Positions 59,176 to 64,000 of a stretch of 64,000 nucleotides of DNA are shown in pieces. Numbering within the stretch: position 1 is the stretch's first letter; every line of letters starts with the position of its first letter. The stretch spans positions 320,001 through 384,000 of the forward strand of contig CAWDVE010000016.1 in the NCBI GenBank assembly GCA_963805625.1. The letters are read 5' to 3'. Below the pieces are notes generated by a model. The model had not been told where the DNA came from, searched no databases, and was given only the letters and a program-made list of their open reading frames with translations. The stretch is from an uncultured Candidatus Rokubacteria bacterium. Its GTDB lineage: Bacteria > Methylomirabilota > Methylomirabilia > Rokubacteriales > DASRDR01. The position numbers were made by a program, and so were the translations under genes.

Positions 59176-60132
59176 CTACGCAAGGTGACAGGCGACCCAG
59201 ACGCCGGGCCGTGCCTCGCGGAGCGCGGGGATCTCGCTCCGGCAGCGGTCCACGGCGAGCGGGCAGCGAGGATGGAACGCGCAGCCGGGCGGGAGGTCGC
59301 GGAGCGGCGGCGGGAGCCCCGGGATTCCCTGGAAGACGCCTTTCCGCACGAGAGACGGCAGGCTCGCGATCAGCATCCGCGTGTACGGATGGAGCGGCGC
59401 CGCGAAGACATTGCGGACCGGCGAGATCTCGACCAGCCGGCCCGCGTACATGACGCCGAGGCGATCCACGAACTGGGCCATCAGCCCCATGTCGTGGCCC
59501 ACCAGGATGACGGCGGCGCCCAGCTCGGTCTGGGCGCGGGCCAGCGTGTCCATGACCTGCCGCTGCACGACCACGTCCAGCGCGCTGGTGGGCTCGTCGG
59601 CCACGATCACCCTGGGGGAGAGGCTCACGGCGATCGCGATACAGGCCCGCTGCTTCATGCCGCCGCTCAGCTGGTGCGGGAACATGCCGGCGACCTCCGG
59701 GTCGAGGCCGACGCGCGGGAGGAGATCTCGCAGCCGGTCGCCGAGCTGCCGCTCCGTGGCTTCCACGCCATGGTCGCGGAGGGCGTCGGCGATCTGGTCG
59801 CGGATCCTGAGCACGGGATTGAGCGAGTTCATCGAGCCCTGCGGGACCAGGGCGATCCGGGCCAACCGGAGCCGCCGCATCTCCTCGTCGGAGAGGGTCA
59901 TGAGGTCGCGCCCATCGAGCCACACCGAGCCGGCCTCGATGCGGCCGGGTGGCTTGATGAGACGCAGGAGCGCGAGCGCCATCGTCGACTTGCCGGAGCC
60001 CGACTCCCCGGCAATGCCGAGGCGCTCGCCTGGCCGCAAGCCGAACGTGATGCCGTCGGTCGCCCGAACGGCGCCCCCGGGTGTGTGATACCGCACCGAG
60101 AGGCCCTCGACCCGGAGGACGTCCCCGCTCAC
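59176..60132 (-). CDS. oligopeptide ABC ATPase (DppD-like)
   Basis: GESGSGKST, LSGGMKQR, ADEPTSALD, GCAFHPRC. Confidence 0.93.
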   Translation of the reverse strand: MSGDVLRVEGLSVRYHTPGGAVRATDGITFGLRPGERLGIAGESGSGKSTMALALLRLIKPPGRIEAGSVWLDGRDLMTLSDEEMRRLRLARIALVPQGSMNSLNPVLRIRDQIADALRDHGVEATERQLGDRLRDLLPRVGLDPEVAGMFPHQLSGGMKQRACIAIAVSLSPRVIVADEPTSALDVVVQRQVMDTLARAQTELGAAVILVGHDMGLMAQFVDRLGVMYAGRLVEISPVRNVFAAPLHPYTRMLIASLPSLVRKGVFQGIPGLPPPLRDLPPGCAFHPRCPLAVDRCRSEIPALREARPGVWVACHLA

Positions 60133-60196
60133 GAGTCTACCCTCGTCGCGCAGGGGTTGTGCGACGGCCTTGATCGGACGGCCGTCGGCCTGTGGG

Positions 60197-61093
60197 TCAC
60201 ACCGCCCTCCGGAGCCGAGGGTTCGCGACCTCGTCGAGGCCGACCGTGACGAAGAAGAGGCCGAGGAAGACGACGAGGATGACGACGATGGGCGCGGCCC
60301 ACCACCACCACCAGCCGTTGATGAGCGCGGCGTTGAAGTTCACCCAGTAGAGGGTCATGCCGAGGGTGGGGGAGTCGATGGGCCCGAGCCCCAAGACCTC
60401 GAGGAAGATGGAGGCCAGGATGGCGCTGGAGACCGCGTTCACGAGCGTCGCCGCCAGGTAGGGCAGGAGGTTCGGCACGAGCTCCCGGACGATGATCTCG
60501 GGCCCGCTCATGCCCGAGAGGCGGGCCACGTCGACATAGCCGCGCTCGCGGAGGCTCAGGACCTGGGCGCGGATGGCGCGCGTCGGGCTGAGCCACGCCA
60601 GCGAGGCCACGACGATGGCCATCTGGTCGACCGTCAGGCCCTCCTTGATGGACACGGCGATGATGATCAGCACCAGGAGGCCGGGGACCGTGAGGCCGAC
60701 ATCGACGACGCCCCGGATGACCACGTCGACCTTGCCCCGGTAGTACGCCGCCGTGAACCCGAGAACCGACCCGAGACCTACACCGATCAGCCCCGCGATG
60801 AAGCCGATGCGGAGGGTCAGCGGTGTGCCGACGACCATCACGGCCAGGAGATCCCTGCCTTGCCGGTCCGTGCCTAGCGGGTACTGCGCGGAGGGCGGCC
60901 GGAGCGTGGGGGCCGACAGCGGCCGCGCCTTCGCCGTGTCGACGGCGAGATGTCCGATACCCACGAAGGCGGCGAGCCCGCCGAGCAGGACGAGTCCTAG
61001 GACCAGCGGGAGGTTGCGGCGCAGGTACCGCACGACAGCAGGGATTGCGCCCGCCCGCGAGGCGGCGACCGGCGGCACGGTCTGACCGGTCAC
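60197..61093 (-). CDS. ABC permease (DppC-like)
   Basis: PLGTDRQGRD, YVDVARLSG, PTLGMTL. Confidence 0.92.
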   Translation of the reverse strand: MTGQTVPPVAASRAGAIPAVVRYLRRNLPLVLGLVLLGGLAAFVGIGHLAVDTAKARPLSAPTLRPPSAQYPLGTDRQGRDLLAVMVVGTPLTLRIGFIAGLIGVGLGSVLGFTAAYYRGKVDVVIRGVVDVGLTVPGLLVLIIIAVSIKEGLTVDQMAIVVASLAWLSPTRAIRAQVLSLRERGYVDVARLSGMSGPEIIVRELVPNLLPYLAATLVNAVSSAILASIFLEVLGLGPIDSPTLGMTLYWVNFNAALINGWWWWWAAPIVVILVVFLGLFFVTVGLDEVANPRLRRAV

Positions 61094-61100
61094 GGCAGGG

Positions 61101-62105
61101 CTACGCCTTGCGGTAGGAGATGCGGGGATCGAGGAGGGGGTAGACCGCGTCGAGGATCAGGGTGGCGAGCCCGAGCGCGATGATCACGGTGAACACGATG
61201 CCCTGGATCAGGAAATGGTCGTTCTCCCGGATCGCCTGGAACAGGACGGTGCCGATGCCCGGGTACCCGAAGATCACCTCGACGAGGACCGCGCCCGACA
61301 CGATCTGGCCGAGCGCCAGGGCGAGGCCGGTGGCCTGGGGGAGGAGCGCGTTCCGGACACAGTAGCGGAGGAAGATCGTGAGGCTCCGGAGGCCCTTCGC
61401 CTCGGCGAAGATCACGTAGTCCTCGCCTTGGGTCGTGACCATCATGCCGCGCATCGACAGGGCCCACCCGCCTGTCGCCACCAGGACGATGGACAGCGCC
61501 GGCAGGATCGCGTGCTCGACCAGGTCGAGGACGAAGGGCACCGTGAAGGCCGGGAAGGCGCCGGCGCTGTACCCGCCGAACATCGGAAGCACGGGGAACC
61601 GGAACGCGAAGAGGTAGATCAGGATGAGCCCGAGCAGGAAGAAGGGAATGGCATGGAGTGCCCAGAGCGGCGGCATGAGCCAGCGCATCCAGCGGGGCGC
61701 CCGAGGCCAGCCCAGCAGCGCGCCGAGGAACGTCCCGAGGGCGAACGACACCACCGTCGTGGTGCCGAGGAGCGCAACGGTCCACGGGAGCGCCTCCGCG
61801 ATCATCCCGCTCACGGTCCGGGGATAGTTGGCAATCGAGTAGTTGAAGTCCAAGGTGGCGGCACCCCGGAGGAAGGCGAGGTACTGGGCCCAGAGCGGCC
61901 GGTCGAGGCCAAATCGTCGGTCGTACTCCCGGACCATCTCCTCGATGCCGGCCTGGACGTGTCCGCCGAGCTGCGCCTGCTGGAGCAGCTTGACCCGCAC
62001 GGGGTCCTGCCCGGTCAGTCGCGGCAGGAAGAAGTTGAGCGTGGCGGCGAGCCACGCGATCAGGAGGAACATGCCGGTCCGCCGGAGGAGGTAGCTAGCC
62101 GACAC
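61101..62105 (-). CDS. ABC permease (DppB-like)
   Basis: LNFFLPRL, FGLDRPL, FAEAKGL, LDPRI. Confidence 0.92.
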   Translation of the reverse strand: MSASYLLRRTGMFLLIAWLAATLNFFLPRLTGQDPVRVKLLQQAQLGGHVQAGIEEMVREYDRRFGLDRPLWAQYLAFLRGAATLDFNYSIANYPRTVSGMIAEALPWTVALLGTTTVVSFALGTFLGALLGWPRAPRWMRWLMPPLWALHAIPFFLLGLILIYLFAFRFPVLPMFGGYSAGAFPAFTVPFVLDLVEHAILPALSIVLVATGGWALSMRGMMVTTQGEDYVIFAEAKGLRSLTIFLRYCVRNALLPQATGLALALGQIVSGAVLVEVIFGYPGIGTVLFQAIRENDHFLIQGIVFTVIIALGLATLILDAVYPLLDPRISYRKA

Positions 62106-62167
62106 GGCCCCGGACCTCCATGCCGCATCGCTCGAATCGTCGGCGGCGGGGCGACCGGTTCATGGCT

Positions 62168-62196
62168 CCCGCCCGGCGGACCGGCCGCCGGGCGGG
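62168..62196 (-). terminator. GC-rich stem-loop between the binding-protein and permease genes
   Basis: Perfect 12-bp stem CCCGCCCGGCGG / CCGCCGGGCGGG with a 5-nt loop and no U-tract; more likely an mRNA-stabilising hairpin. Confidence 0.55.
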
Positions 62197-62212
62197 GCGG
62201 TGCTGGCGGGCG

Positions 62213-63982
62213 CTACTGCGTTGGCTGGAGATTCCAGAGCACCATCGCGTAGGTGAGGTGCCAGAAGGCGCCGTTGACGTAGGGGTTCTCGGCCGTGGGC
62301 CAGTTCGTCCAGTACGTCGTGTTCATCGGGATCCGATGAATGTTGTGCACGAGCGGGATGTCCGGCAAGTCGGGTAGCCAGATCTCCATCGCCTTGTGGA
62401 AGAGCTCCAGGAGGCGGGTCTTGTTCCGCATGTCCGTGACGAACACGTCGTCGACGATCTTATTGTAGGCCTCGTTCTTCCAGCGCGCGAAGTTGACGAG
62501 GTGCGCGCCCGGGACGGCGACCGTGCTGCTCTGGTAGAGGCGCAGGGTGTAGTAGGGGTCGTTGACGCCCCCGCCGTGACCGTAGATCGCGCCCGCGTAC
62601 TGGCCCTTCTGGAATCGGTCGTCGAAGTCCGGCGGCAGGCTCATGCTGGCATCGACGCCTTGTCGCTTGAGAAGCTCCACGAGCACGGGACCGATCGCGG
62701 GGCCGCTCGCCCCGAAGCCGATGATGTCGAGCTTGAGACGGGCGCCCTGGGGGTCGACCCAGAAGCCCTGCGCGTCCTTCTTCCAGCCCTTTCGCGTGAG
62801 AAGCGCCTCGCCCTTCTTGGGGTCGTATTCCAGGGTGTTGTACTTGGCGAGGAGGTCCTTGACCCCATCGAGGTAGGGCTTGAGTGCCGGGTACTCGGGC
62901 AGCGGCAGCGGCGACACGAGCGCCGCCCCGAGGTACCCGACGTCGACGATCTGCTGCCGGTCGATGAAATAGCTGACGGCCCAGCGGACGTCCTTGTCGT
63001 CGAAGGGCGGCCGCTCGTTGTTGACGTAGAGCGAGATCGGCCACCAGTCCATGTAGCCGTAGGGCGGCTTTTGTCCGGAGTGCGTGATGATCTTCGGATT
63101 CTGGCGGAAGACCGTCTGGAACGTCGCGGGCTGCAACGACCCCGAGAAATCGAGCTGGTTCGAGATGAGGAGCTGCGCATTCTGCTGCTCGGTGGCGTTC
63201 GGCAGCCAGATGTTGCGCTCCACCTTCGGCATCGGCGCCAGGCCCGCCTTGGCCGCCCACCACTCGTCCCGCCGGTCGATCACCTTCTGCTGTGGCGAGG
63301 AGAACGCCACCGACCACGGGCCGGTGGTGACTGGCCAGCCCTTGGCGACGTCGAAGTGCTTGAACGTGGTCCAGTCCTGCCCCTGGAAGATGTGTTTCGG
63401 CACGATGTAGACGCCGATGTCGTACTTGTAGGTCAGGAAGAAGAAGAACCGTGGCGCGGGGACCTTGAACTTGATCACGACCGTGTTGGCGTCGGTCGCG
63501 CGCGCCTCCAGCATGAACTGCTGGACGTCGACCCCCCAGCGGACCTTCGGACCCAGGTCACGGAGGCTCGTGAGCGTGTAGGCGACGTCCTCGGCTGAGA
63601 AGGGAGCGCCATCGCTCCACTTGATCCCAGACCGGGTCTTGATTGTCAGCTCCTTGAAGTCCGGGCTGTACCGGTAGCTCTCCGCCAGCCAGAGGTACTC
63701 CTTGTCGGCGAAGGCGCTGTAGTACGCCAGGGGCTCGTAGAGGATGCCGGGGCCGTTCTGGTGATTGGAGCCGATGGAGTAGGGGTTCCACAGCTCGAAG
63801 TCGACCCATCGGCCCTCGCGGCTGCCGATCCACACGAGACTCAGCGTCCGGTTCCGGGCGACGGTCTTGAGCTGAGCGGTGGCCGGCCGGGCCGGCAGCA
63901 CGGCGGCGGCCCCGGCGGCGAGGGCACCGGTCTTGATCAGGTCGCGGCGGGTCAATCCGTTCGAGGCCCCGTCGTGAGACAC
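62213..63982 (-). CDS. family 5 ABC substrate-binding protein (oligosaccharide-binding-like subgroup), Tat signal
   Basis: TRRDLI signal; LYEPL, WLAES, KWSDG, PVTTGPW, PFDDKDVRWA, YWTNWPT; AAAGGAG RBS. Confidence 0.92.
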   Translation of the reverse strand: MSHDGASNGLTRRDLIKTGALAAGAAAVLPARPATAQLKTVARNRTLSLVWIGSREGRWVDFELWNPYSIGSNHQNGPGILYEPLAYYSAFADKEYLWLAESYRYSPDFKELTIKTRSGIKWSDGAPFSAEDVAYTLTSLRDLGPKVRWGVDVQQFMLEARATDANTVVIKFKVPAPRFFFFLTYKYDIGVYIVPKHIFQGQDWTTFKHFDVAKGWPVTTGPWSVAFSSPQQKVIDRRDEWWAAKAGLAPMPKVERNIWLPNATEQQNAQLLISNQLDFSGSLQPATFQTVFRQNPKIITHSGQKPPYGYMDWWPISLYVNNERPPFDDKDVRWAVSYFIDRQQIVDVGYLGAALVSPLPLPEYPALKPYLDGVKDLLAKYNTLEYDPKKGEALLTRKGWKKDAQGFWVDPQGARLKLDIIGFGASGPAIGPVLVELLKRQGVDASMSLPPDFDDRFQKGQYAGAIYGHGGGVNDPYYTLRLYQSSTVAVPGAHLVNFARWKNEAYNKIVDDVFVTDMRNKTRLLELFHKAMEIWLPDLPDIPLVHNIHRIPMNTTYWTNWPTAENPYVNGAFWHLTYAMVLWNLQPTQ

Positions 63983-64000
63983 CCTTGTCTCCTTTCGCCT

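Overview
Very GC-rich bacterial DNA. The gene families present (Tat-exported family-5 ABC binding proteins, double-zinc-ribbon/AAA/TPR adenylate-cyclase-family fragments, IS91- and IS481-like remnants) suggest Ca. Rokubacteria/Methylomirabilota, but this is inference only. Left to right the window holds: an IorAB-type molybdoenzyme; a cell-surface glycan locus (TolB-like protein, SGNH lipoprotein, unannotated putative regulator with a palindromic operator, GT2, a GT-C membrane protein with a C-terminal ILEI/PANDER domain, lipocalin, CapK/PaaK-like ligase, GT-B glycosyltransferase); an accessory region with flavin oxidoreductases, IS remnants, many short gene scraps and a 1053-aa secreted protein carrying a Cys-bracketed glycine-zipper insert; an ATPase-less peptide ABC system with an enolase-superfamily enzyme; the 3' half of a tRNA-Thr(CGT), probably an att site; a sulfite-oxidase-family enzyme; a stressosome operon (rsbR-S-T-X plus two hybrid kinases); a liv-type ABC system with flavin oxidases; a toxin-first RelE/Phd pair with an apparently leaderless promoter; a secreted Vgb-like lyase coupled to cytochrome c; and a dppABCDF operon with SDR, ThDP and 2-hydroxyacid dehydrogenase genes. 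No CRISPR array, rRNA or intact tRNA was seen. All family calls come from motif recognition by eye, not from database searches.
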